Assembly (NCBI GenBank): GCA_951406725.2
Contig: OX597817.1
Location: 83,948,001 to 84,012,000, forward strand
DNA from: Octopus vulgaris
Lineage: Eukaryota
Length of the DNA: 64,000 nucleotides
Direction of reading: 5' to 3'
Under the pieces are notes generated by a model. The model was not told where the DNA came from, made no database searches, and was given only the letters and a program-made list of their open reading frames with translations. A program made the translations under genes and the position numbers. Positions 1-12,964 of this stretch are shown one piece after another (within the stretch, counting starts at the first letter, position 1; every line of letters starts with the position of its first letter).

Positions 1-199
1 CTAACCTCTACAACATGATGTGTAAATGTCTAGCAAACCTTCCAGAAGACAGATTTGACCAACTTACTGATGATGATTTCCTTGATCCACAATTATATAT
101 TAAAGGAACATATGTCCGGTGCTTCCTAGTGGCCAATGGAAAGCAGCCTCTAGCTTTGTTAAATAGCTGCATCGATGCTCTCATCAATAATGGTCAAAA
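1..199 (+). CDS. FOCAD: Focadhesin-like gene, internal coding exon (begins upstream of the window)
   Basis: Open frame NLYNMMCKCLANLPEDRFDQL...KGTYVRCFLVANGKQPLALLNSCIDALINNGQ ends at donor AA|GTAAGG (phase 2). Resembles the vertebrate focadhesin segment ...KAAFVKLYLVSQGRFPL... (recalled from memory, not searched). Confidence 0.8.
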
Positions 200-925
200 G
201 TAAGGAACATTTACTGTATTTTCCAGCATGCCTGTTTCTATAGTATATAGTGTAAACATGTTGTGTATATATTCAAACACAGTCATTACTTTTAAAATTC
301 TGTTGCATTTCACATGGAATTTTCAGTTCTCCAAAGTCTTTTTGGTGTATAAGTCAAACTTTCTTTGCCATCTGTATATTTTTATCTGTAAAATTCAACT
401 TATATGCTGAAAAATACTGTATCTCTTTTCAAGTTAAATAAACTGTTGTTGTTGTTGTTGAGTAACCCCTCTTAACACTATTTCAAAATACTTACTGTAG
501 AGAAGTAGCTAGTTAAATCTTTAAAACAACACAATTTCAACACCTCCAAGCACACAAAAAGACATTAAGATATTCAACTTGTTGGTTTGTTTCAAACTTC
601 ATTTGTCTTGTCAGCATTCTAAACATGGTCGTATCTTATCTTTATCTTTGTGATTATGCAGTTTTAAAGTTTATGGCATAATGCACATTTTTTTCTGTAT
701 TTCAAAGACAATGGAGAGATTGTTTGACAGTGACTTTACATTTCTGTCTGGTTATTTATTTCTTAGTATTTGAACAGACATCCTGGTAGAACCATGTATT
801 CATAAAGTAACCAACCTCATATACTTTAAATTTAACAAATCTGAAGAAGTTTTGTCTCCAATAAAAGACAATAAAAATGATACTGGGTCATAACCAGTTT
901 CCTTAAATATCAAGGACCTTCCTTA

Positions 926-1392
926 AAGGCAGCGAGTTAGCAGAATCATTAGTACTCCAGGCAAAATACTTCACAATATTTCATCAGTCTTTGTGTTCTG
1001 AGTTCAAATGCCACAAAAGTCGACTTTGCCTTTCATCCTTTTGGGAGTCAATAGAATAAGTATCAGTTGAAAACTGGGGTTGACATAATTGATTTACACC
1101 CTGCCCGAAATTACTGGCCTTGTGCCAAAATTTGAAATCATTATTATCATTGAAAGTGGTAAGTTGGCAGAGTTGTTAGTATGCTGGGCAAAACGCTTAG
1201 TGGCATTTCAGCATTTCGTCTATCTTTACAGCCTGAATTCAAATTTTGCCAGGGTCTGCCTTGTGTCTCGTTCTTTTAGGGTCAGTCAAGTAGGTACCAG
1301 TTGAGTGCTGGGATCAATATAATTAGCTAGCTCCTGCTCTCAAAATTTCAGGCCTTATGCTATAGTAGAAAGGATTATTATTATCATTATTA

Positions 1393-1425
<33 letters not shown>
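926..1425 (+). mobile_element. Two tandem copies of tRNA-like SINE family A, with (TTA)n tail
   Basis: Unit aaggcagcgagttagcagaatc...gagttcaaat...gcctttcatcc... repeats at 926 and about 1153. Further copies at about 1853-2095 (+) and 55495-55880 (-). Confidence 0.7.
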
Positions 1426-1426
<1 letters not shown>

Positions 1427-1474
1427 AATACGCTCAACAGATTAGACTGTTGGAAAAGTAAAGAATCCTAACAT

Positions 1475-1780
1475 GGCTGCGCCAGGCCCAGTCTGATCTG
1501 GCAGTGTTTCTACAGCTGGATGCCCTTCCTAACGCCAACCACTCCGTGAGTGTAGTGGGTGCTTTTACGTGCCACCAGCCTCATCTGGCACCTGTGCAGG
1601 TGGCACGTAAAAGCACCCACTACGCTCACAGAGTGGTTGGTGTTAGGAAGGGCATGCAGCTGTAGGAACACTGCCAGATCAGACTGGGCCTAGCGCAGCC
1701 TTCTAGCTTCCCAGACCCCAGTTGAACCGTCCAACCCATGCTAGCATGGAAAACGGACGTTAAACGATGATGATGATGAA
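1475..1780 (+). mobile_element. RTE-tail SINE/3'UTR fragment with an inverted duplicate (arms 1475-1576 and 1599-1700)
   Basis: gtggcacgtaaaagcacccactac...ggacgttaaacgatgatgatg. Same family at about 11950-12140, 26325-26550 (-), 32845-32985, 39830-40090, 41010-41310 and 42670-42865. Confidence 0.75.
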
Positions 1781-2204
1781 TAAGTAGCCTTAGATGCTAA
1801 GAACCCTCCTATTGGGTTACAGCATGTAACTTTGTCATTATTATCATTATTGAAAGTGGCAAGCTGACGGAATCATTAGCACATTGGACAAAATACTCTG
1901 CCACATTTCTGCTTGCTTTATGTTCTGAGTTCAGATTCTACTGAGATCAACTTTACCTTTCATCCCTCTTTTTTTTTTGTTTTTCAGAGAGTCAATAAAA
2001 ACAACACCTGTTAAGCACTGGTGCTGATGTTATCAGCTAGCCCTCTTCCCCAATGTTTTAGGCCTGGTGCCTGTAGTATAAATGATTATCATTATTGTTA
2101 GCTGCAGCAATGTTAGATAACCAAAGATTTGCACTGCATTTCTGTCTATAAAGAGGTTTCTCCTTTCCATGCTTTCCTGCAACTGTACATAGATGATGGA
2201 TCTT

Positions 2205-2550
2205 TTATGGTTTTGTCTTTTATTTGTTTCAGTCGTTAGACTGGCCATGCTGGAGCACAACGTTGAAGGGTATTTAATCAAATGGATTGATCCCAGTACT
2301 CTTTTGCTGAACTGCTAAGTTATGTGGGCATGAACACACCAACATCAGTTGTCAAGTGGTGAAGGGGTATACAAACATGCACACACACACACGATGGGCT
2401 TCTTTCAGCTTTTGTTTACCAAATCCACTCACAAGGCTTTAGTCAGCCCAAGGCTATAGTGGAAGATACTTGCCCAAGGTATGACACAGTGAAACTGAAC
2501 CTGGAACCATGTGGTTGAGAAGCAAGCTACTTACCACACAGCCATGTCTG
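2205..2550 (-). mobile_element. tRNA-derived CORE-like SINE family B
   Basis: Reverse complement of ggctgtgtggtaagtagcttgc...ccttgggcaagt...ggatttggta...(CA)n...gctccagcatggcc...actgaaacaa. Confidence 0.75.
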
Positions 2551-2927
2551 TGACTTTTAAATGGGTTGGTATCATAATACTATTTGATATAAAATGATAT
2601 GATACCAACCTTCTTGAGATTGCAGCTTGTTCTATAGTACAAGCTTAATGCATTAAAAGTCATTTAAATTAAAAACTTCCATCAAAATTTCTAGTTAATT
2701 TTTCAGGCTAATTAATGACAAAGTTATTTTACTAAATCATTTAAGTATGGCTGTATTATTAAGAAGTTCAATTTGCAAACACATGGTTTTGGATTCAGTT
2801 CCACCATGTAGTACCTTAGACAACATCTTTGAGAGTGAAATTGGTAAACAGAAACGTCGAAGTCCATTGTCTGTATATATATGTGTGTCTGTGTGTGTTT
2901 AAATAAATTTATATATGTGTATGTGTA

Positions 2928-4174
2928 TCAGGTCATTAAGAATGAAATGCTCGATTTTCTTATGCACCAAGTTTGACAGTTGTTAATTCTAATGTTTTTC
3001 CTGACAAATCTTTGTTGTACAACATTGAAGAGTTACATCCTCACTTTTTGAAATGCAATTCATAGTGTCTGACTATATTGTGAGCTTTCTCTCATAAATC
3101 AGTTTTCGTGAACCCATGGATAGATAAAAAATTTGTGTTGTTTATGAATTCCAGACAGCTCAAAACATCAATGAGGTGTTTGGTGAAGATGTGGCAAATG
3201 AGTACACTGTATGTTGATGGTTTGAGAAGTTCGGTTTTGTGACTTTACTCTTGAAAATCAACCCCGTGGTAGACCTGAGGCCAAGGTGGATAATGACAAG
3301 CTGGAAACTGTAGTAGAAGCAGATAGATCTCTAACTATGCATGAGTTAGCAGCAAGGTTTGCTGTTTTGATTCCAGCTATATTGGACCATCTGGAACAAA
3401 TTAGCATGGTAAAGCTGGACAAGTGGGTACCAATGAACTGAACAAGCATCAAATGACATGTCATCTTGAAACTTGCTGTTTCTTGCAGTCACAGCATAAA
3501 AGCAAACCACTTTTGCATCATATTGTGATGAAAAACGGATTCTTTTCTACTATACCAAACGTTCTGCATGGTAGGTGGATAGAGATGAAGTGCCAAAACA
3601 CAATCCGAAAAAGAATATTCACCAAAACAAGCTAAAGGTGTTTGTTTGGTGGTCCAGAGCTAGTGTCATCCACTGCAACTTCATGAGACCTGGTAAGTCA
3701 ATTACAGTAGATATATACATCAACCAGTTGGATGAAATGATGAGTGAACTTGCAATTAAACAACCGAGATTGGTCAACAGAGACAGGCTAATTCTCTTGC
3801 AAGATAATGATCAACCACATGTTGCAAAAGGAATGTTACTCAAGTTATAGGAAGTAAACTTGGTCGTACCCTGTCATCCACCTTATTCACCAGACCTTGC
3901 ATCAATTGACTATTATGTTTTCCAGGCATTCGACAACATTTTGCAAGGAAAAAACTTCAAATCTGAAGAAGATACTAAAACAGCCTTTCATGATTTCATT
4001 ACCTCTTGCTCTCCAGAATTCTTCATTGCCAGCATAAATAAGCTACTGGTAAATTGGTAAAGTTGTGTTAATAATTTAGATGTAATTTAGATGATACTTT
4101 GATTAATGCATTTGTTGAGATAAAGTAAAATAAACTTTCAGTTCAAAACTGGATATTTCATTCTTAATGACCTG

Positions 4175-4175
<1 letters not shown>
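2928..4175 (+). mobile_element. Mariner (Tc1/mariner, DD34D-type) DNA transposon, degraded
   Basis: TIRs tcaggtcattaagaatgaaat / atttcattcttaatgacctga, TA duplication, 1248 bp. Transposase remnants LLQDNDQPH and HPPYSPDLAS with stops and frameshifts. Confidence 0.93.
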
Positions 4176-4232
<57 letters not shown>

Positions 4233-4715
4233 ATGCGTGTGTGTGTGTGTGTGTGCGCATGCGTGTGTGTGTGCGTGTATGTATGTATGAGTACAGGCAA
4301 GTTCACCACCATCAATTCACTACAGAGCATGTTCACTGTAACGAAAGTTCACCACAAGGAAAGTTTACAAAGAAAATGTCTCCATAGTATCTCACCATTA
4401 ACAGTTAAAAACTATTTTATTGAAAAAAAAAATGGTGAACTTACCATATGTGTGTGTGTGAGTGTGTCTGTGTGTGTTTATATTTGCCCCTCTCCCCACT
4501 GCTTGACAAAAAATACTGGTTTGTTCACATCCCCACAACTTAGTGGTTCAGCAAAAGAGGTTAATAGAACAAGTACCAGGCTTAATAATTACTAGGGTTG
4601 ATTTGTTCAATGCGGTGCCCCAGCATGGCTGCAGTCCAATGACTGAAACAAGTAAAAGATAAAATACAAGATTGTTTTATTTTTAAATTAACCAAAACAG
4701 TAGTTATGTATTTAA

Positions 4716-4934
4716 CCCTTTCGTTACTGTATTTCTGCTGAGATGCTCTGTGTGCCTTTCAATTACTTTAAACATAACAAAGAATTTAGTAAAATAACTT
4801 AGTTATCATTAAGCTAGTGTTAGGAACATAAATTGTGACTAAGATTTGGTGGAAGATTTTAATTCAAAACCTATGAAAACAAGACATGTGTACTCAGAGC
4901 CGAGCCGGTTTCAGCTGGGTTGGTAATGAAAGGG
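4716..4934 (+). mobile_element. piggyBac-like MITE family 1
   Basis: TTAA|ccctttcgttac...gtaatgaaaggg|TTAA. A second copy in the opposite orientation lies at 26084-26304. Confidence 0.8.
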
Positions 4935-5764
4935 TTAAACAGAAATATGGAAAACAAAATGGAGAAATGGGGTAAAGATACCATCTATCACCGTCAATCA
5001 CTAGCTTAACCACCACTATTTATGTTCACTGACAAAAATACATTTAAAGAGTCTTAATCACAACAAAGTGACTATTAACCGTATCATTCAACATTCATTA
5101 TTGTTCTCTTACAAGGAGCTGCTGTTGTGCTTTCTGCCCATTGTTTCCAATACAAAATGCTTAAAATTAAGTCTTTCCTGTTTCTCCTTTTTTTATTCCT
5201 TTCTCTTTCAGTGTAAGTGTGTCTATTAATGAGATGCTGTGTCCTTTGTTAAAAATCTTGTCAATGCTAACCTTGTTTCTTACACTTCTGGTATCAATAA
5301 AATAAATACCAGTGTTGTACATACACACATAGATTTACACACACACACAATCACTTTCTCTCTCTCTCTCTCCCTCTCATATATGTATATATATATATAT
5401 ATATATATTGATAAAACGGTAAGATAACAAAAGAAAGAAAGAGACCTCAATATTATGTAAATAGAGGAAATTTATCTATACAATATGTTACATTACTCGG
5501 TAGTCAAGATAAAACTCTGAGTTTCAGATGCCGAAGTGGAAATCCACAACACCATCTCTTCGGTTATCTGGCTATTTGAAAACGTTATGAAAAAATACCG
5601 TTAAAAATGAAGGGAAATTACTCTGTTATAACTCTGCTTTGCCTGCGTACTTATACATCGCTCGCATTTTTCGTCATAAAAATTATATAAAAATACATAA
5701 AAAATATATAAAAATATATAAAAATATATAAAATCTTCTTGGGACATAACACAGAAAGCATGTT

Positions 5765-6752
5765 CTATCCGTTTTCTTTAGGGGACCAAAAACGTAACAG
5801 AAATTTAGTCACATGTGGGCATGATCCGAAAAGTTCTGTCCTTGTATTTAGACATGTGGTAGGGTCTAAGCTGCTTTTCCAGATAAGCCATCTCTCCATG
5901 TCGCATAAACCGCACCTTCCGCTGCCGTTAGTATAGGGCTTACATCTGGCCAAAATCTTCCATTGTATGTTATAATCGACACCTTTATCTCTTAAAGACC
6001 AAATATGATTGGATAATTGTGTCGCTTTTCTTTTGTTCCAGTGCCTAAAGCTCAAAGTGTGGTTATTGAACCTGGTCTTGAAATTACCCTCTGTCAGGCC
6101 CACGTATTTCTTCGTCAAAACGGTGTCTTTAGTGGTTATAGAGTTTACGGTAGCCTCATATATGATGGTCTTGGACATGCAAGCTCCATTTAGCGGGCAC
6201 AATTCTTTATTCCTGCATGAACAGCTGTTTTCTTCTTGTGTTTTTTGTATGTTATGATTGATTATGTTTTTAAAATTGGTAGTTGAACTAAAACTAATTT
6301 TTAAATTGTGTCTATTGAAGAGTTTCCTATAAGCATGGTTAACTGGAAAATGTCTATCTATCAGTGCTAGGAAATATTTACCTATATTGAAGGCCACCTC
6401 GGGTGAGTAAGGGGGCGTAAACCAGATGACCTTCCTATTTCTATTATTCCTTTTCCTTATTGTTGGGCTGGTGATAGGTGTATATTTTATTTTTTCGCTA
6501 AAACCACTATCTTTTAAAGCTTTATTATAAACTGGGGCAACGCTATTGAAGATGTCCTCATTAGATGAGAGGCTAGAAATCCTATTACTAATATTTTTAA
6601 CTAAATTTTTGAATACTATAGGGGGATGGCATGAACCTACATTAATATAACTTAGTCTATCATTGGGCTTCCTATAAGGCTTATAAATATTATTATTAAG
6701 ATCTAAGGAAACGTCTAAGAAATTGACAACCGTCAGGTTAGTGTCTATAGTT
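5765..6752 (-). CDS. PLE ORF remnant (RT thumb, linker, GIY-YIG endonuclease), 5'-truncated
   Basis: Uninterrupted frame from 6752 to the stop at 5765. The + strand copy 6753-7392 holds only the linker and endonuclease. Confidence 0.85.
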
Positions 6753-7587
6753 ACCCGAGGTGGCCTTCAATATAGGTAAATATTTCCTAGCACTGATAGA
6801 TAGACATTTTCCAGTTAACCATGCTTATAGGAAACTCTTCAATAGACACAATTTAAAAATTAGTTTTAGTTCAACTACCAATTTTAAAAACATAATCAAT
6901 CATAACATACAAAAAACACAAGAAGAAAACAGCTGTTCATGCAGGAATAAAGAATTGTGCCCGCTAAATGGAGCTTGCATGTCCAAGACCATCATATATG
7001 AGGCTACCGTAAACTCTATAACCACTAAAGACACCGTTTTGACGAAGAAATACGTGGGCCTGACAGAGGGTAATTTCAAGACCAGGTTCAATAACCACAC
7101 TTTGAGCTTTAGGCACTGGAACAAAAGAAAAGCGACACAATTATCCAATCATATTTGGTCTTTAAGAGATAAAGGTGTCGATTATAACATACAATGGAAG
7201 ATTTTGGCCAGATGTAAGCCCTATACTAACGGCAGCGGAAGGTGCGGTTTATGCGACATGGAGAGATGGCTTATCTGGAAAAGCAGCTTAGACCCTACCA
7301 CATGTCTAAATACAAGGACAGAACTTTTCGGATCATGCCCACATGTGACTAAATTTCTGTTACGTTTTTGGTCCCCTAAAGAAAACGGATAGAACATGCT
7401 TTCTGTGTTATGTCCCAAGAAGATTTTATATATTTTTATATATTTTTATATATTTTTTATGTATTTTTATATAATTTTTATGACGAAAAATGCGAGCGAT
7501 GTATAAGTACGCAGGCAAAGCAGAGTTATAACAGAGTAATTTCCCTTCATTTTTAACGGTATTTTTTCATAACGTTTTCAAATAGCC

Positions 7588-7650
7588 AGATAACCGAAGA
7601 GATGGTGTTGTGGATTTCCACTTCGGCATCTGAAACTCAGAGTTTTATCT
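7588..7650 (+). ncRNA. Type I hammerhead-like motif in the PLE 3' region (U4C variant); mirror copy at 5507-5569 (-)
   Basis: agataa-CCGAAGA-gatg..(22 nt)..catc-t-GAAA-ctcagag-TT-ttatct. Stem I agataa/ttatct, stem II gatg/catc, with one extra T before GAAA. Confidence 0.6.
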
Positions 7651-7679
7651 TGACTACCGAGTAATGTAACATATTGTAT

Positions 7680-7739
<60 letters not shown>

Positions 7740-7751
7740 AACACTATTATA

Positions 7752-9002
7752 CAGGTTTGGAACAAAATATTGGAAACACCTATTTTTATTTAAGTATTAT
7801 TATTATTTCTATTGGTAAATGACACAGATTCAGAATTTTTCTGGTTTGCATAAATGTATTCATATGCATTTATGTATGCCTTATACTTCATAATACTGTT
7901 TCTTCCTTTGTTGCACTTATTTATATTTAGGTAGGTTGAAATGCATGCCCTACTTCATTTCCAAAGAGGACAAATTAATGGAGTATGGATGGCTGGACTT
8001 TCAGTCACTAAAACTGTTGAATTGTTTAATGTTTCGGGAAATACAGTCTCTAAAAATCAGGTTGGCATTCCAAAACTAAGGTAAAACCAGCTTTAGCATG
8101 TATAATTTTGAACAGAAGGCAAAGCTATCAGAGAAGGACTATAGAATGGTGAAAGGTAATGTGTCTAAAACAACCAAACTACAGCAGCGTAAATGACAGT
8201 AAAGTTAAATTACCCCTTTGTCAACCCTGTGTCAATCAAAATGATTTATTGTGAGTTTCATAAAGATGGGTACCATGAGTGGGCTGCAATTGTTTAACTT
8301 CTGTCTTCTATGAACACTGATAAGAGGAAAATATATTGTCTAGACTTTAAGAAGTGGTTAATGACTCAATGAGACAATGTCATCTACTATGCTAAATCAT
8401 CAGTTACCTTACCTTTTTTTCCCACCTTGAAGCAAGATTGTGTCTAGAGAAGCTCAAAAAAGCCTTCAACCCTGGCTTTTGGTCCATATCATGAAGCATG
8501 AAAATGGCTCTGTTATGATTTGGACAGTCATATCATGGAGTTCTCTTGGCCCTTTAGATGTTCTGCATGGCAGAGTTAACAACAAGGATTACCTGAGTAC
8601 TATGGTTGATCATGTCTATTTTGTGATACAAACATTGTTCTCTGGTGATAATGCACCAATCCACATAGCTAATTTTATTCAAAATTGGCGCAAAGAGCAC
8701 AAGACTTAAGTTGATCACTTGGATTGTCTGCCACACTTGACCAGATATCAATGTAATCAAATATTTATGGTGCATTTTGGAGCTTCAAGTGATTAACTAC
8801 TTCCTTCTTCCATTATTACTGAAAGAGCTAAGGCAGGTTTTTCTTAAGAAAGGCTTGAAATTCCCCTAGCAACTGTCTGCAACCTGTAGGAGTCAGTTCC
8901 TCAAAATATTAAATTAGTGAATGATGCCATAGTAGGACCAAATCCATATTAAATAAAAAATTACTTTCAACAAAGTGTTTCCATTATTTTGTCAAACCAC
9001 TG
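7752..9002 (+). mobile_element. Tc1-like DNA transposon, degraded
   Basis: TIRs caggtttggaacaaaatattggaaacac / gtgtttccattattttgtcaaaccactg, TA flanks, transposase remnants KHENGSVMIW and GDNAPIH. Confidence 0.85.
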
Positions 9003-9039
9003 TATATAAACATGTACATTATTATTATTATCAGTTTGT

Positions 9040-9410
9040 CCATTGTTGTTGATGATGACCAAGAACATTTCATGGGAGTAGAAGACATGGCCTATCAATC
9101 CGATGCATGCTCGAAGGCTCTGCCACAGGCTGGACACTGGTGGTCTTCTGGAACTGAATGCAAGGAGTTGGCTCCAGACTTGCAAAGTTGACATTTTCTT
9201 TGTGCTCCTGTGATCCTATTCTGTTCTTAGGAGGTGGTACCTCTGTTGGTGCAGTGTAGCCAGGCTGGGCTGTCTTGTGCTTGCATTTCCAGGCATTGGG
9301 GTTCTTCAGTGAGGTTTTGAGTGTATCCTTGAAGCATTTTTCTGTCCACTTTCCATGCATTTGCCTTCTGCCTGTTCACTGTAAAACAGTCCCTTAGGGA
9401 GTTGTGTGTC
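9040..9410 (-). mobile_element. RTE/BovB-like LINE 3' fragment, degraded
   Basis: Minus-strand remnants KCFKDTLKTSLK and a C-terminal zinc-finger-like segment, similar to the copy at 48395-49217. Confidence 0.6.
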
Positions 9411-9784
9411 AGACATTTGAATAAGGTGGTGACCACAAGGGAAACCAGCAAGCAAGTGACCAAACATCAGCAAATTGGATCAGTGCAATGTGAAGCAGAG
9501 CCTAAACGAGGACCTGGATAGCAAGTTGAGCCTACTTGATGTTGGTTCTAAGGGAGCAGAAATATGTACACACACACATTTATATATATAAACATGTAAA
9601 CATAAGTAGATACATATAATATGTGTGTGTGTAATATATATACATATATATGTGTGTGTACATGTATGATGTACATATATATATATATGTCCTCTGTAAG
9701 CATGTCTTATACTTCAATGAAAATTTTAAATATCCATATTTTTCTTATTCATTTTCTATCATAACTGTATCTCTTTTATTTCAG

Positions 9785-9962
9785 TATCCCAGAGCTTTAC
9801 AGCTTGTGCCTCCTGTTTCTATCACAGTGCTTCTATATCTGTTCTCTGAATAAAACTCACATCAAAGATCGTCTGGGATGGTTTTTAGAACTAATTGGCC
9901 ATGTTCGCAACCTAGCTACTGGTGGACTTCAATTGCTAAATGCTACCATGAAATCAAATATA
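9785..9962 (+). CDS. FOCAD: Focadhesin-like gene, coding exon (178 nt)
   Basis: Acceptor ttttatttcag|, donor ATA|GTAAGT; phase 2 in and phase 0 out fit both neighbours. Encodes IPELYSLCLLFLSQCFYICSLNKTHIKDRLGWFLELIGHVRNLATGGLQLLNATMKSNI, like focadhesin KRMEWLLELMGYIRNVA (recalled). Missed by the ORF track. Confidence 0.85.
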
Positions 9963-10038
9963 GTAAGTCGCAAATAGATCTTTCTGATTGCATAGTATGC
10001 AACACTAATGTCATTATCACTATATCACTCATCATTAA

Positions 10039-10212
10039 CCTTATAGCATTCAAACCAGCTATATTCAGTCTGTCTATTCTACCTGTTTTATGTTCAAACC
10101 AGCCAGAAGAAATCTCTCGCACTTACCTTACAATATCCTTCTGAAAATAAGCAATCAAGTCATGTGAATAAATAAGCATTATATTTGACAGAATAATCTG
10201 AATGCTAAAGGG
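10039..10212 (+). mobile_element. piggyBac-like MITE family 2
   Basis: TTAA|ccttatagcattc...gaatgctaaaggg|TTAA. Related copy at 34727-34942. Confidence 0.7.
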
Positions 10213-12964
10213 TTAAGATTATCATCAATATCACTATCATCTTCATTATTATCATTTAAATATTGTGTAGAAGTGGAATGAATAAGTGCATGAGTTACTG
10301 AACTTCATGGCATATGATCATATGATCTTGAATTCAGACTCACTGCAAGCATTTTGTGGTGTCACTGAGCACTGCACTCTGTTCCACATTGCCCCAAGTC
10401 ATATAACTATTGTAAATAGACAACATCATCTAATAACATATCATCTTACAACATATCATCTAACAACATAATTTGTGATAGAGCAGCATCTTGCACTTGA
10501 GAAGTGGGGAATTATGCCTCCTCCCCATCTCATCCTGAGAATGAAGTTAAGCACTGTCTTCATCATTTTAACGTCCACTTTTCCATACTTGCATGGGTCA
10601 GAGAGAATTCATTGAGGTAAATTTTCTACAGCTAGATGCCCCTCTTTTTGCCAAACCTCAACTGTTTGCAAGAAAGGTATTATTTCCTCATGACCAGACA
10701 TGTTTTCACAGAATATTGAAAATGAATGACACTGCTTGGATTATGGCAACATTACTTTACAATGATCAAGTGATGTTGAAAACAAGAAGGCATGAACAGC
10801 CATGCACATGCACTCACACACACACACACTTACACACACATATACAATAGGCTTCTTTCAGTTTCCACCTACCAAATCTACTCACAAGAGCTATAACAGA
10901 AGACATAATTTCCAAGCTGCTATGCTGTAGGACTTAACTCAAAACCAGATGGTCAGGAAGTAAGCTTTTTAACCGATCAGCTAATCTTTAAAAGATATTT
11001 CAGAGCTTATATGAAAATACTGTTGATGTTTAATTCTCTGTGTTCTTTCAGTTGGGTTTCTAACTAAAAGAACTCAAAAGAAGAGACAAGTTTTAACCCC
11101 AACAGAGGAAATCAGTCACTGACTTTAGTTAAAATGCAGGTTCAGTCCCATTACATGACATGTCCCAGCTAACCAAATTCTTGTGAGTAGCATTTGTAAA
11201 TGGAAACTGATTGAAGCCCACTGTGTATACATATACCTTTTATCTTTTTACTTGTTTCAGTCATTTGACTGTGGCCAGGCTGGGGCACTGCCTTGAAGGG
11301 TTTTATTCAAATAAATCAACCTCAGGACTTTTTTTTTAAGCCTGTGACTTATTCTATCGTAACTGCTAAAGTTACAGGAACATAAACACACCAACACTGG
11401 TTGTCAAGCAGTGGAATATATATGCATGAATTGTGTGTGTGTGTGTGGAGGGTATGTTAATGTCTCTTTCTCCTGACATTGTTAATGAATGTCACCTGCA
11501 TACAAGTGCTGTCATTTATTCCTAGTCTTCTGTGAAAGCATGCCCAGCCATGGGGAAGTATCTGTGCTGTTGGTAACAGGAAGTGCAACTGACCATAGAG
11601 AATCTACCCTAAATTCCACCAGACTCATGCAGGCAAGGAAAAGATATTAAAACGATGATGATGACGATGACTCTATCTTCCCATATTCCCTGTTTTCCTT
11701 TCCCCATTCACTTCTACCCACTATGTTCTTTGAGGTCTCACTCTGACACTTCATCACCACTACATCATCTTTTTCTTACTCCACCCCAGTCACTCTCAAC
11801 TTCTCTTCTATAATGATACCTGTCTGCTCACATACTTTAATCTCTCATACTTCAACCCCTCATCTCTTAGCATAAAACCTCCTCCTTATCACTGTAGCCC
11901 CACTCTGAGGCAAGGGATCTTAGTCCTTAAGCTGCATAGTGACCCCACTGGTGCAGGTGTCATGATAAAAGCTCCCAGTACATGCTGTAAAGTGGTTGGT
12001 ATTAGGCAGGGCATCCAACCATAGAACTCATGGCCAAAATAGACATTGGATCATGATGCAGACCTCAGATTCATTAGATCCTATCAATCCATATTGCCCA
12101 TGCCAGCATGAAACATGGATGCTTAATCATGACGATGTTGTTCTTGTTTTCTATCGCTGGATATCCTTCCTATCACTTTTATCATGACACTAGCATTAGA
12201 AAGGTTGCTGTGTCCCCAGCAAGACTAAAAAGTCCTTCTTACCTTACATTGTTCCCTTTTATTCACCACTCACTTTACTGAGTGTTATTTTCAGATGTGC
12301 ATGTAGATGTGCAGACACTAACTGTCAAAATGTACAAATATTGAAATCAGAAAGAAAATAGTGAATTGTCTTAAAACATATTACCAAATTTCCAGTCTTT
12401 ATGATTTAGTTATCACTGAGAAATTGACAACTTTTTCCATGACAGTATTTTACCTAAGAGGAACTTTCTGTGCAGACAAAGACATATATTTTCATTGAAG
12501 AACTATAAATTACTCTAATATTAATTATATATATTTTTTTTTTAATCTGGTAATCTGAGCCTCTTGTTCATTGCATTCCTGCTCAATCTCCATTTGCTAC
12601 ACATCAGTGACACCCTATCATCTCTCTCTATCACTCACTGTCTCCCCACCTACCCCTTGTCCTAGTCACACAACTGGTCAGTAAGTGGATACTCACTATG
12701 AGGAGAGCAGACAGAGAAATCTTCATAGGTGCAGGAGTGGCTGTCATCATCATCATCATCATCATCATCGTTTAACGTCCGCTTTCCATGCTAGCATGAG
12801 TTGGATGATGTGTGGTAAGTAATTTGCTTATCAACCACATGGTTCCGAGTTCAGTCCCACTGTGTGGCACCTTGGGCAAGTGTCTTCTACTATAGCCTCT
12901 GGCCAACCAAAGCCTTGTGAGTGGATTTGGTAGACGGAAACTGAAAGAAGCCCATCATATATAC

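Larger units (their letters stand above)
5410..7684. mobile_element. Penelope-like retroelement (RT thumb plus C-terminal GIY-YIG endonuclease), two 5'-truncated copies in inverted orientation within (TA)n
   Basis: Apparently identical 932-bp inverted arms 5473-6404 and 6753-7684. Each encodes CSCRNKELCPLNGAC...IIYEA...YVGLTEGNFKTRFNNH...CGLC...LN. The spacer 6405-6752 continues the minus-strand frame without stops (VVNFLDVSLDL...YRKP...GSCHPP...KVIWFTPPYS), typical of the PLE RT C-terminus. Confidence 0.93.

Noticed and set aside
4103-4595. ORFs with [18 protein letters not shown] or LSLSLS runs here and at 16465-17186, 43010-44140, 49323-49714, 53135-53880, 56622-58519 and 60241-61171
   Set aside because: They are translations of microsatellites, not genes.
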